Origin: Escherichia phage vB_EcoS_AKFV33
DNA: 64,000 bases
Sequence record: NC_017969.1
Reading direction: 5' to 3' (one strand)
This document shows, one piece after another, positions 56,231 through 64,000 of the stretch. The notes under the pieces were generated by a model. That model was given only the letters and a program-made list of their open reading frames with translations. It was not told where the DNA came from and did no database searches. Numbering within the stretch: position 1 is the first letter of the stretch; each line of letters starts with the position of its first letter. Position numbers and translations under genes: made by a program.

Positions 56231-56723
56231 TACTCCTGTGATTTTCCTGGATATTGATGGGGTGCTCAATTCGAGCATCTCCCACCATCATGCACCTGAT
56301 GATGAAAAGATTTTCTTTGGGAGTGACTGGGTTTTCAAACCGCTTCTCAAGGCTTTTCAAGATTTTATTCGTCCTTCCTCGATAATGATTGTTGGGGTAT
56401 CCTCATGGTTCTCTGTCAGGAATGAGATGGAGAACGTTCAGATTATGACCGGATTAGGTCTTATCGATCGTTTTCTTGGTACAACGGATTTTACTGGTGG
56501 TGGATTATCTAGGGGTAATTCTGTTCTTCGCTTCGTTGAAAAGCATAAGCTCAAACATTGGTGTGTACTGGATGACGCTGGTGCTATGATGTATCAGTAT
56601 CCAACGGTTATAGTCAATGGTAGAACTGGAATAAATCTTCAAGATTTAAAAGCTGTTAGCTATATGCTAGAATTTAGCCCAGATCTTGAAATGTGTAAAT
56701 CCTTACAACAATTTAAGGTGTAA
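56184..56723 (+). CDS. HAD-like hydrolase (phosphatase)
   Basis: 179 aa; HAD motif I VIFLDIDGVLN. Confidence 0.5.
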   Translation: MKLKSGRGMLLVEISNTPVIFLDIDGVLNSSISHHHAPDDEKIFFGSDWVFKPLLKAFQDFIRPSSIMIVGVSSWFSVRNEMENVQIMTGLGLIDRFLGTTDFTGGGLSRGNSVLRFVEKHKLKHWCVLDDAGAMMYQYPTVIVNGRTGINLQDLKAVSYMLEFSPDLEMCKSLQQFKV

Positions 56724-56725
56724 AT

Positions 56726-57154
56726 ATGTTCAATAATGTATTCTCTAAAGAAGCTAACCCAATTTTGGTTAACTTTTGGCGTACTCTCCCAGCTAGCCTG
56801 TATAATGAGGCTATTAACTCTTTGAAAATATGGTGTGAGAATAACGAAATCTCCTTTGCTTTTAAAGATGATATTGATGAGGCTCCCTGTATTGGTTTAA
56901 TTGTGCAGGTAGAGGAGGGTCTTGAAGAGATTGTGGGCTGGAAAGAGTTAGACGAAATGGGCTTAGTTTTTGCGTTAAATTATAAACTGTTTATGCCTGC
57001 TAAGCATCGCCTTGTTGTTAACTATAAAACTAGTGAATCTCCTGGTTTTCAGGTTAATGAACGTTATGGTTGGTCTTACTCACCGGAAGAAGTAAATGAG
57101 GGGATTCAGAAACTTCGACGTTTCGGGTATATGATCCCGGGTTTAACTGCTTAA
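56726..57154 (+). CDS. hypothetical protein, paralog A
   Basis: 142 aa; shares DDPCIG..ALN..LF.P and C-terminal G-x-x-I/V-PGL with the next ORF. Confidence 0.5.
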   Translation: MFNNVFSKEANPILVNFWRTLPASLYNEAINSLKIWCENNEISFAFKDDIDEAPCIGLIVQVEEGLEEIVGWKELDEMGLVFALNYKLFMPAKHRLVVNYKTSESPGFQVNERYGWSYSPEEVNEGIQKLRRFGYMIPGLTA

Positions 57155-57163
57155 GGAGGCAGG

Positions 57164-57556
57164 ATGGAACAAGTATATTGGCGTCAGATTGACCCTAGTT
57201 TGGTGAAACGTGCGGAGAAGCTGCTACAACGTTGGTTGGGGGTAAGGCAAGCCTCCTTCTCTTTTCCGGAGCAGCAAACGGATGATCCATGCATTGGCGT
57301 TTTCCTGTCTGGATATGCCGGGGAATGGGAGATGGATTGGAATGAATTGTCCGCTATGAGTTTAATTGTTGCCCTAAATTTCTCTTTGTTCCATCCACGT
57401 GGTTTGGCCATATGTCGTGTGCCTGATGACGGTTGTTCGCCCCATCTTTTACAGGTGGAAGATGATATTTGGGAGTACACTCCAGATATTCTCAAAGAAG
57501 CTAAAGAACAATTAAACCGTGTTGGGATTTATGTTCCAGGCCTAAATGATGAATGA
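57164..57556 (+). CDS. hypothetical protein, paralog B
   Basis: 130 aa; tandem paralog of the previous ORF. Confidence 0.5.
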   Translation: MEQVYWRQIDPSLVKRAEKLLQRWLGVRQASFSFPEQQTDDPCIGVFLSGYAGEWEMDWNELSAMSLIVALNFSLFHPRGLAICRVPDDGCSPHLLQVEDDIWEYTPDILKEAKEQLNRVGIYVPGLNDE

Positions 57557-57695
57557 TTTTTATTAGCTGAAATTTGTAATCCGGGCTATTAGTGCTCGGA
57601 TTATTACATAATCTTTCCAGTCGATTGACAGTCAAAATAAATTGTCGTTGACAATTTGGATGGATTATGTAATAATATATGTATTGGAGGTGAGG

Positions 57696-58148
57696 ATGTC
57701 ATTCACACAGCAAGAACTTTTAGATAACTTCCGATATGAAGATGGTAAGTTATTTAGAACTACAGGAAGAAATGCAGGGAAAGAATGTTGTGTTTCTACG
57801 GGTAACGGATATTATCGTATATCTCTAGGGAATAGGACTATGCTTCGGCATAGAGCAATATTTTTAATGCATCATGGATACTTACCTGATTTAGTAGATC
57901 ATGTGAATACTATAAAAGGTGATGATCGTATTGAAAATCTTAGAGAGCAGACAGTGTCCGGTAATCTAAGAAATATCAAATATAAGAAAGGAATGCATGT
58001 TTACCCTTCTGGTAGTAAGAACTGGCAAGTAGTATTTACTATTAACCGTAAACGTATAGTTAAAGGAACATATGACAACTATGAGGTTGCATGTTCTATG
58101 GCCAAGATGTTTAGAGGTCAATTATACGGTAGGGAATCAATCCAGTAA
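57696..58148 (+). CDS. HNH homing endonuclease-like protein
   Basis: ATG at 57696 with SD GGAGGTGAGG; HNH-type motif (YYRISLGNRTMLRHRAIF..DHVN..N) with AP2-like C-terminus. Confidence 0.65.
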   Translation: MSFTQQELLDNFRYEDGKLFRTTGRNAGKECCVSTGNGYYRISLGNRTMLRHRAIFLMHHGYLPDLVDHVNTIKGDDRIENLREQTVSGNLRNIKYKKGMHVYPSGSKNWQVVFTINRKRIVKGTYDNYEVACSMAKMFRGQLYGRESIQ

Positions 58149-58155
58149 AATTTCA

Positions 58156-58186
58156 TTTGCAAGGGAGTATTATTTTATAGTATAAT
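58156..58186 (+). promoter_or_regulatory. sigma70-type early promoter (TTTGCA-n19-TATAAT) at the start of a ~0.5 kb leader
   Basis: -35 and -10 hexamers with A/T-rich upstream region. Confidence 0.45.
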
Positions 58187-58681
58187 ATTCCCATAAATGA
58201 GAGACATTAGTAAAAATTGATTTTGCTAATTTTTCTTGTTTACAATCCGCGATACGGAACAGTTAGGCTGCCCCATTAAGGGTTGTTTTAACTATTACTA
58301 GTGTTTATATTGCATTAGTTAATCTTCAATTAAGTGATCTGTGTACCCTGAATTCGGAAAGGTAAATCCAAACCGTGCATATTTAGCTCGTTATATAGGC
58401 AGAGCTTTATATGGGGGTGCGAACGAAAAGAGCAGCGAATGGCGGCACGTACAGTAGTCACCTACCAATAGGATAGTGAGGACAAATAGAATCGGCTTAG
58501 CGGCCAATGACCTAGGTTCTATTCTGTATATGAGCGAAGAGAGCACAGCACTGAGATATGATAACTTATTCATATTGTTTGATGATAATTGATGTTTACG
58601 TAAATAGTAGTAATAGTTGTTCTATTCTTTCTGAATAGTCCTAAAGAAAAGATTTCTATTAATCAACACAGGAGTATTGTT

Positions 58682-61471
58682 GTGTTTTCTATCCTCCAAG
58701 GTCACGCCGGGTTTTCTCGTGATTTAGCAACAGGTATTTGGCGAGAAATCAAAGCGGAAGATTATACCTTTGCCAAACGATTCTCGAAAGAGCATCCAGA
58801 AGGTAAACCAGCTTCTATGCCCTTCAAATTTGATGTAATAGAAGAGCACGACCCACAAAGCCTTGCCGAAATGTTACCACTTATGAGACGTTTAACGTCT
58901 GACCCTCATATCGTTGCGGTACGAGGTCGATGTCTTGCACCTAAAAATAATGTGCGACGTAAGAAAGGTAACTTTAATGTATCCAACCCTAGCAATATTA
59001 TTGCTATGGACGTGGATGGTATCCTAGATACCGGTGGGTATGACAAGTTTAATCTTGTAGGTATGGCTCGACATATTATTAGGATGTTAAATAGTATTAG
59101 TGAGGATATGTTTCCTCTTGATGCAGGGTTTATCGCTCATGCATCGTCTTCGGCTGGGCTAAAACCAGGTATCCGAATGCACTTAATACTAGAATCTAAT
59201 GTTAAGGTAACTCAGGGTCAAATCAAATTCTTATTTACATCTATCAACGAAAGTAGTAGACAAAAGTATGGCTTTGATATTGCCGACTTAGCTTATTACT
59301 CTTCCGTACAGCTCCATTATTTTGCAGATCCGTTATTTACCGATGGTATAGTAGATCCGTTTAAAGCGGAGAGTAAGCCACGTCTGGTATATGTTAAAGG
59401 TTCGAAGGTAAATTTGCCCAATAATCTGGTTGACTATGAAACAACTAGAGGGGAATTTAAGGAAGAGTTTTATTCTTTACTTGATCAAATTAAAGGCAAA
59501 AAGATTGCTTCTGATAAAGTAGAAGAAACCATCAGCGAATTGGAAGAAGCCGAGGATGGGGTGTACTTGCGTATTATCCCCAAACTCTACCATAGAGCAT
59601 TAGAGGATGGTGTTGATTTCGCATGGCTAGAACGTGAGATTAAACCCGCTTTATCTGAATATATTGCAACTAAAGATAACAGTCGTAATATTCAAGATTA
59701 CTTTAATAACGGTCGTAAGCAGGCTCTCAAAGCGTTTGTTAATAATTCTAAACGTGAGATCCCATTAAATCTGAAGGGTGTTCCACTCAAGAAATTAGAA
59801 GTGGATTCTCCACCAGAAGTTCCGTACCTGAAGATTAACATTGTGCCTCCAAAAGGCCATATAACATTTGTTAAGGCAAGTCTTGGTACTGGTAAGACTA
59901 CGGCAGTAACTAAATGGCTGGACGCAGGTGTTCTTCCTGGCAACTTTTTAGCAGTTACAAATACTAGAGCACTGGTATCTTCAAACGCTAAGAAATTTAG
60001 CGCAGGACAATATGATAAGTCTGTAGATATGCTCAACTTTAAACGTGGAGCTATTGATCGTATGTCTACAACTATCCACTCTTTGCATAAGTTCAAAAGT
60101 TTTATTGGTCAAATAGATACCATTTTTATTGATGAATGTGATGCTGTAATGAATGATCTATTATTCGCACCTGTTGTTAAGCAACGTCGCGAATGTATTC
60201 AAGTTCTACGTGACATCCTCATGACAGCTAAAACTGTAATTCTATCTGATGGGGATATTAGTGCAGAAACAATTGAAGCATATGGTTCTCTAATTGATTT
60301 TGATAAACCAGTAGCATTTTATAATCATCACCGTAAGATGCTGTCAAAAGCTCATGCTTATGAGTTCCCGGATGAATCCAGTATTTGGGTTGCACTTCAG
60401 ACCTCTCTAGAGATGGGTGAGAAATCTATCCTAGTATCTGATTGTGGGCCGGATGAACTGAATGAGAAGGGCATGGCGTTGCGTCGTAATACGGGTGCGT
60501 TAGTTAAGGAAATCCACTCAAACTCTACGTCTGATGTAGATATTCGACGTATTCTGGATTACACAACTAATGAGCTAATTGACCAACAAATTGATTGCTT
60601 ATTATGTAGTCCATCCGTAACTAGTGGTGTTGACTTCAACTATTTTGATAACGTATTCGTTATTACTAGAACCAGCAACCAAGCGCCAAACATGCGTTTC
60701 CAAGCAATCAGGCGCGACCGTGGTGCTCAGAACATTTATTATTTTATTGATAAATCTACGAGTGGATTCTCCGCAGGTTCTGAACAATATAATATTGATG
60801 AGGGTTGGCTGGAGTTAGCACAGCAATTATACGCACGTCGTAGGGAGCTGGAATCTAGGAATTATACTAGTACCTTACGTTATTACTTGCTTGATCAGGG
60901 TGCAACTATTGATATTTTCAGTGAAAGCTGGGGAACTATCGAAGGTGCAGGCAAAGAGTATACAGAAGAGCGAATCAAAGCCATTTTGTATTCAACTCCT
61001 GATTATTGCGCTCCACGTCATGCGGATGCGTATGAAGCTAAACTACTTCTTGTTCGCTACTATCATCTTGAGTCTATTAAAGATGTAACAGTTGAGCATG
61101 TTGAACAATATATCAAGGATAAACCTAATGATCGGGCTGCATTCTTCCATAAAATGCACGAGATGTTCTGGGAAGATATTAAGAAGTGTTCAAATGTCAC
61201 TATCAAACCATTCATAGAAGCTCTGAAAGGTAAGAAGAAAGATTTCTTCCTTAAAACAGGTCAGAGTGCTAACCCAAAATATGCCAGAATGTATCTTGGT
61301 ATGATGGGTATTGGTAAAGATATGAACACGGAGAATATTGTAGACTGGTACAGAACTTATTGTAAAATCGAGTGTATGCCAATCCCATATAAGTTTATGA
61401 CTGATGAGGAGAAACATATGCATGATGAAGCAATGGCAGAGCTAGGTGCTAGAAATGACAGTGAAGAATAA
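58682..61471 (+). CDS. large SF2-type helicase/ATPase; putative replication origin-binding/initiator helicase
   Basis: 929 aa, GTG start with SD AGGAG; Walker A ASLGTGKTT and DExD-type FIDECD. Confidence 0.7.
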   Translation: MFSILQGHAGFSRDLATGIWREIKAEDYTFAKRFSKEHPEGKPASMPFKFDVIEEHDPQSLAEMLPLMRRLTSDPHIVAVRGRCLAPKNNVRRKKGNFNVSNPSNIIAMDVDGILDTGGYDKFNLVGMARHIIRMLNSISEDMFPLDAGFIAHASSSAGLKPGIRMHLILESNVKVTQGQIKFLFTSINESSRQKYGFDIADLAYYSSVQLHYFADPLFTDGIVDPFKAESKPRLVYVKGSKVNLPNNLVDYETTRGEFKEEFYSLLDQIKGKKIASDKVEETISELEEAEDGVYLRIIPKLYHRALEDGVDFAWLEREIKPALSEYIATKDNSRNIQDYFNNGRKQALKAFVNNSKREIPLNLKGVPLKKLEVDSPPEVPYLKINIVPPKGHITFVKASLGTGKTTAVTKWLDAGVLPGNFLAVTNTRALVSSNAKKFSAGQYDKSVDMLNFKRGAIDRMSTTIHSLHKFKSFIGQIDTIFIDECDAVMNDLLFAPVVKQRRECIQVLRDILMTAKTVILSDGDISAETIEAYGSLIDFDKPVAFYNHHRKMLSKAHAYEFPDESSIWVALQTSLEMGEKSILVSDCGPDELNEKGMALRRNTGALVKEIHSNSTSDVDIRRILDYTTNELIDQQIDCLLCSPSVTSGVDFNYFDNVFVITRTSNQAPNMRFQAIRRDRGAQNIYYFIDKSTSGFSAGSEQYNIDEGWLELAQQLYARRRELESRNYTSTLRYYLLDQGATIDIFSESWGTIEGAGKEYTEERIKAILYSTPDYCAPRHADAYEAKLLLVRYYHLESIKDVTVEHVEQYIKDKPNDRAAFFHKMHEMFWEDIKKCSNVTIKPFIEALKGKKKDFFLKTGQSANPKYARMYLGMMGIGKDMNTENIVDWYRTYCKIECMPIPYKFMTDEEKHMHDEAMAELGARNDSEE

Positions 61472-61688
61472 AAAATGGGAAACAAGGAAGTTCCCAGTAA
61501 AAGAACGTAAAGTTCCTGTTTACGACACTTCGGAAAAGCTATGTAGGGTGGTACCGCCCAGATTAGCTGGCATCCCTAACATATCCGAATGGTTACTTAA
61601 ACAACGGAAAACCAACGTGTCTCTTCGCATCGGCTTTGAGTTAGATAAAGTCTATGCTGAACTTGCTTCTTTGCTCAAGGAATCGTAA
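61455..61688 (+). CDS. hypothetical protein
   Basis: track ORF 61446-61688; overlaps helicase 3' end. Confidence 0.4.
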   Translation: MTVKNKKWETRKFPVKERKVPVYDTSEKLCRVVPPRLAGIPNISEWLLKQRKTNVSLRIGFELDKVYAELASLLKES

Positions 61689-61696
61689 AAATTTAT

Positions 61697-61725
61697 TTGC
61701 TTTCAGGAAAATTTTTCTGTATAAT
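61697..61725 (+). promoter_or_regulatory. sigma70-type early promoter (TTGCTT-n17-TATAAT)
   Basis: upstream of gene 61757. Confidence 0.55.
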
Positions 61726-61756
61726 AGATTCATAAATTTGAGAGAGGAGTTTAAAT

Positions 61757-62461
61757 ATGGCCGGTTCTCGCAGAAAGAAACATATCCATGAAATCCCGGA
61801 TGAAGTCTTCAAAAAAGTTATAGAGCATCTAGAGAACGGTGGTACTAAGAAAGCAGCATGTGAAATGCTTGGCGTATCATCCAATCCAACTATGGAAAGG
61901 ATGATTGAAGAATGGCAAGACCGCCAGATTCAAGTTGCCGAAATGAAGAAAAAGAAACGTGGCACACTCATTGAAGGCATTGAGTTAGCTAACGTTATTG
62001 AGCAGTATTTATCTGGTGATTCTTTTGAAGAGATTGCCGATCGTAATTATCGATCTGTAGCAATGGTTAAATCTGTTCTGGAACGCTATGGTGCTTTGCT
62101 TCGTTTGAACGATATTGTAGACCCATTGAATCCTCCAATTATTCCTGATGATGCTGTAGCAGAAGAATTTGCAGTTGGTGAGCTTGTTTGGGTTCCTGGA
62201 TACCAGTGTATCGGTGAAATCAAAAAAGCAATGGATAATCCTGTTGGTTGTTACCGTGTATGGCTTCTATCAGAAGGCAAACAACAGAACGTTCATTATA
62301 TGAATTACGAGCTGGCTTCTGTTAAACATCTGGAAAAGCTAGGGGTTGATGTAAAATCTCTGGGATACAAGTGGACTCGTGAAGAAGTAATTTCGTTGAT
62401 TAACGAAGCTGTTAAGGCTGCCCTGAAACTTGATAAAGAAAAAGGAAAACGCCGTGAGTAA
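61757..62461 (+). CDS. putative HTH DNA-binding protein
   Basis: 234 aa; N-terminal helix-turn-helix-like segment (GGTKKAACEMLGVSSNPTMERMI). Confidence 0.5.
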   Translation: MAGSRRKKHIHEIPDEVFKKVIEHLENGGTKKAACEMLGVSSNPTMERMIEEWQDRQIQVAEMKKKKRGTLIEGIELANVIEQYLSGDSFEEIADRNYRSVAMVKSVLERYGALLRLNDIVDPLNPPIIPDDAVAEEFAVGELVWVPGYQCIGEIKKAMDNPVGCYRVWLLSEGKQQNVHYMNYELASVKHLEKLGVDVKSLGYKWTREEVISLINEAVKAALKLDKEKGKRRE

Positions 62462-62705
62462 ACTAACAGATTTGCTTAAAGATGGGGAAGTAAAAACTCT
62501 GTATCGTAGAAGCTGGGATAATGACAATAATGGCTTAGTGTTACTAACTTTAGACGCTGACTCAGATGTAGTTACCCAACATACCTGGGTAGCTGGTAGT
62601 TATCCCTATAGTGAGGTTGTTACGTTAACAGTATGCGAAGCTATTGCTGACGATTGGGAGATTGCCAGCATTGATGATATGCTTGCTGTTGGCCTGGTGG
62701 AGTAA
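62454..62705 (+). CDS. hypothetical protein
   Basis: GTG start with SD AAGGA; track ORF begins at an upstream TTG. Confidence 0.4.
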   Translation: MSKLTDLLKDGEVKTLYRRSWDNDNNGLVLLTLDADSDVVTQHTWVAGSYPYSEVVTLTVCEAIADDWEIASIDDMLAVGLVE

Positions 62706-62722
62706 CTACAGAAAAATTTCAG

Positions 62723-62751
62723 TTGCTTAATCCTATAATTCTTGATATAAT
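62723..62751 (+). promoter_or_regulatory. sigma70-type early promoter (TTGCTT-n17-TATAAT)
   Basis: upstream of gene 62809. Confidence 0.55.
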
Positions 62752-62808
62752 ATTCTCATAGTTTGAAAGAACTATTCTGTTTAATTCTTAATTAAGGAAA
62801 TATAAAAT

Positions 62809-63219
62809 ATGACTACTCCAACTCAGTGGACTGATGAACTGTTCGAAAAAATGTCTTCCGAATACGTTGCTCGTATGGAGCAATTCCCAGAGGATGAACG
62901 TCCGGGTGTTAGCATGGAAATTGTTAGCGAAATTGCCCAGGAAAATGGTGTAACTCCGAACGGTTTTCGTATGAAGCTGACTAAAGCAGGTTTGTATATC
63001 AAGAAAGCTGCTGGCTCTGCTTCTAAATCTAGCGCATCTACTGGAGAAAAAGCTTCCGGTGGTTCTCGTACCTCCAAAGCCCAAGCTCACGCCGATCTTC
63101 GCTCAGCATTCTCTGATGCTGGCCTAGCACCAGATTTTCTGGATGATGCAATTATCGACAAACTGACCGGTAAAGCGGCTGCTCATCTGGCAGAAGCAAT
63201 CCGAGCTATCACTAAGTAA
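62809..63219 (+). CDS. hypothetical protein
   Basis: 136 aa ORF with SD AAGGA. Confidence 0.45.
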   Translation: MTTPTQWTDELFEKMSSEYVARMEQFPEDERPGVSMEIVSEIAQENGVTPNGFRMKLTKAGLYIKKAAGSASKSSASTGEKASGGSRTSKAQAHADLRSAFSDAGLAPDFLDDAIIDKLTGKAAAHLAEAIRAITK

Positions 63220-63255
63220 TTTTTAGATAAATCCACCAACAAAAGGAACACAGTT

Positions 63256-63552
63256 ATGACCAAAGCTGAAATTATCGCACAATGTGAAAAATTTGGTGAG
63301 TTTTATCTTCATTACGAGAAACTTCGTCAGAAAGGAACCACGTACCTTCAGGGTACGATGGAATTTGATCCAGCCCAAGATAAATATCTAGCTGAGCGTA
63401 TTAAACGTGAACGTATTCGTAAAGCGAAAGATGATGAGATCCTTGTCTTCTCTCGTACTAATGATAGCTTCCGTTTTATTCCTGTCGAGAAAGTCCGTCG
63501 TGTGACCAGCCTCCAATCAGAGTTAGATCGTGCTTCTCCAGTAGGCCGATAA
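63256..63552 (+). CDS. hypothetical protein
   Basis: 98 aa ORF with SD AAGGA. Confidence 0.45.
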   Translation: MTKAEIIAQCEKFGEFYLHYEKLRQKGTTYLQGTMEFDPAQDKYLAERIKRERIRKAKDDEILVFSRTNDSFRFIPVEKVRRVTSLQSELDRASPVGR

Positions 63553-63562
63553 GAAACCAATT

Positions 63563-63586
63563 AGCCCCTATATGGGGCTTTTTGTG
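63563..63586 (+). terminator. rho-independent terminator
   Basis: AGCCCC/GGGGCT hairpin followed by TTTTT. Confidence 0.5.
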
Positions 63587-63602
63587 TATTTGGGATATGT
63601 AA

Positions 63603-63911
63603 ATGAGCGAACAGGTAAATCAAAACTATGAAGGACACGTTGATGACCAGTCCATCATACTTTGGGAGAAGGAGGGGGAACAAGTAAGATTAACAGTATC
63701 TGAATTTCGTGGGAATCTATACATGGGTATTCGTTACTGGCTTCTTGATATTAATGATGAATGGTTTCCAACGAAATCTGGCTTCTCTTTTCCTTACACC
63801 CTAGAAACAACATCACAGCTTTTCTATGCGTTTACACAGATTCTTAGCGAATCTGAGGTTTTACATGAAGTACAGAAACGAGCTGAAGAACTCAAAGCCA
63901 AGAATGCCTAG
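63603..63911 (+). CDS. hypothetical protein
   Basis: 102 aa ORF. Confidence 0.45.
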   Translation: MSEQVNQNYEGHVDDQSIILWEKEGEQVRLTVSEFRGNLYMGIRYWLLDINDEWFPTKSGFSFPYTLETTSQLFYAFTQILSESEVLHEVQKRAEELKAKNA

Positions 63912-63938
63912 TTCTTGGCTTTTTCTTTATAAATGTAC

Positions 63939-63967
63939 TTGCTTTCAACTCAGTTTTGTTATATAAT
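63939..63967 (+). promoter_or_regulatory. sigma70-type early promoter (TTGCTT-n17-TATAAT)
   Basis: at window edge; drives a gene beyond position 64000. Confidence 0.5.
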
Positions 63968-64000
63968 ATTTATATAAATTAACGAGAGATATAAATAAAT

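Noticed and set aside
52396-56723. NrdG activase downstream of nrdD
   Set aside because: No ORF in the window carries the radical-SAM CxxxCxxC motif; the ORFs after nrdD are unrelated small proteins, the Sir2-like protein and a HAD-like hydrolase.
58226-58246. Second promoter TTGCTA..TACAAT in the helicase leader as a strong promoter
   Set aside because: Spacer to the -10 is only about 12 bp for TTGCTA (18 bp if TTGATT is used as -35); too uncertain to annotate separately.
36808-60096. Antisense or embedded ORFs inside larger genes (e.g. 36808-37113 and 36953-37201 in the SPFH gene, 40408-41121 opposite 40450-41088, 49407-49697 inside nrdA, 53253-53486 inside nrdD, 59698-60096 inside the helicase)
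   Set aside because: Fully contained within longer, motif-supported ORFs on the opposite strand or another frame, without their own translation signals.
1-64000. Integrase, repressor or attachment-site module indicating a temperate element
   Set aside because: No tyrosine/serine recombinase motifs or CI-like repressor recognised; gene content is that of a virulent T5-like phage.

Overview
This window reads as the left ~64 kb of a T5-like (Tequintavirus-type) virulent coliphage genome; no integrase, rRNA or CRISPR array was found. Layout: (1) a leftward pre-early operon at 0.1-5.2 kb (dmp, A1, A2 and small ORFs) sharing a conserved leader motif; (2) a repeat-rich zone at 5.2-10.3 kb with DnaA boxes, inverted repeats, palindromes and a 14-bp direct-repeat array, enclosing a small rightward cassette (6.05-8.6 kb); (3) a leftward early region at 10.3-27.8 kb of mostly small ORFs, many membrane-associated, plus phosphatases, thioredoxin-like protein, holin and M15 endolysin, ClpP-like protease, dNMP kinase and a GrcA-like glycyl-radical protein; (4) a ~10.6 kb tRNA cluster (27.8-38.5 kb) with 27 hand-folded tRNAs covering all 20 amino acids, four atypical tRNA-like elements, small ORFs and promoter-driven non-coding islands; (5) leftward nucleotide-metabolism genes (RNase H, thymidylate synthase, DHFR, nrdB, HNH endonuclease, nrdA, phoH); (6) after a divergent promoter region at ~51.5 kb, rightward genes (T5orf172-type endonuclease-like protein, nrdD, a zinc-less Sir2-like protein, HAD-like hydrolase, a tandem paralog pair, HNH endonuclease, a 929-aa SF2 helicase). 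The best candidates for undescribed biology are the Sir2-like accessory module, the long tRNA-like RNAs, the iteron-like repeat array next to DnaA boxes, and the rightward pre-early cassette of tiny hydrophobic peptides. All coordinates were derived by hand from the sequence and ORF track; tRNA, promoter and terminator boundaries are approximate (about +/-2 nt), and all homology calls are from motif recognition, not database searches.
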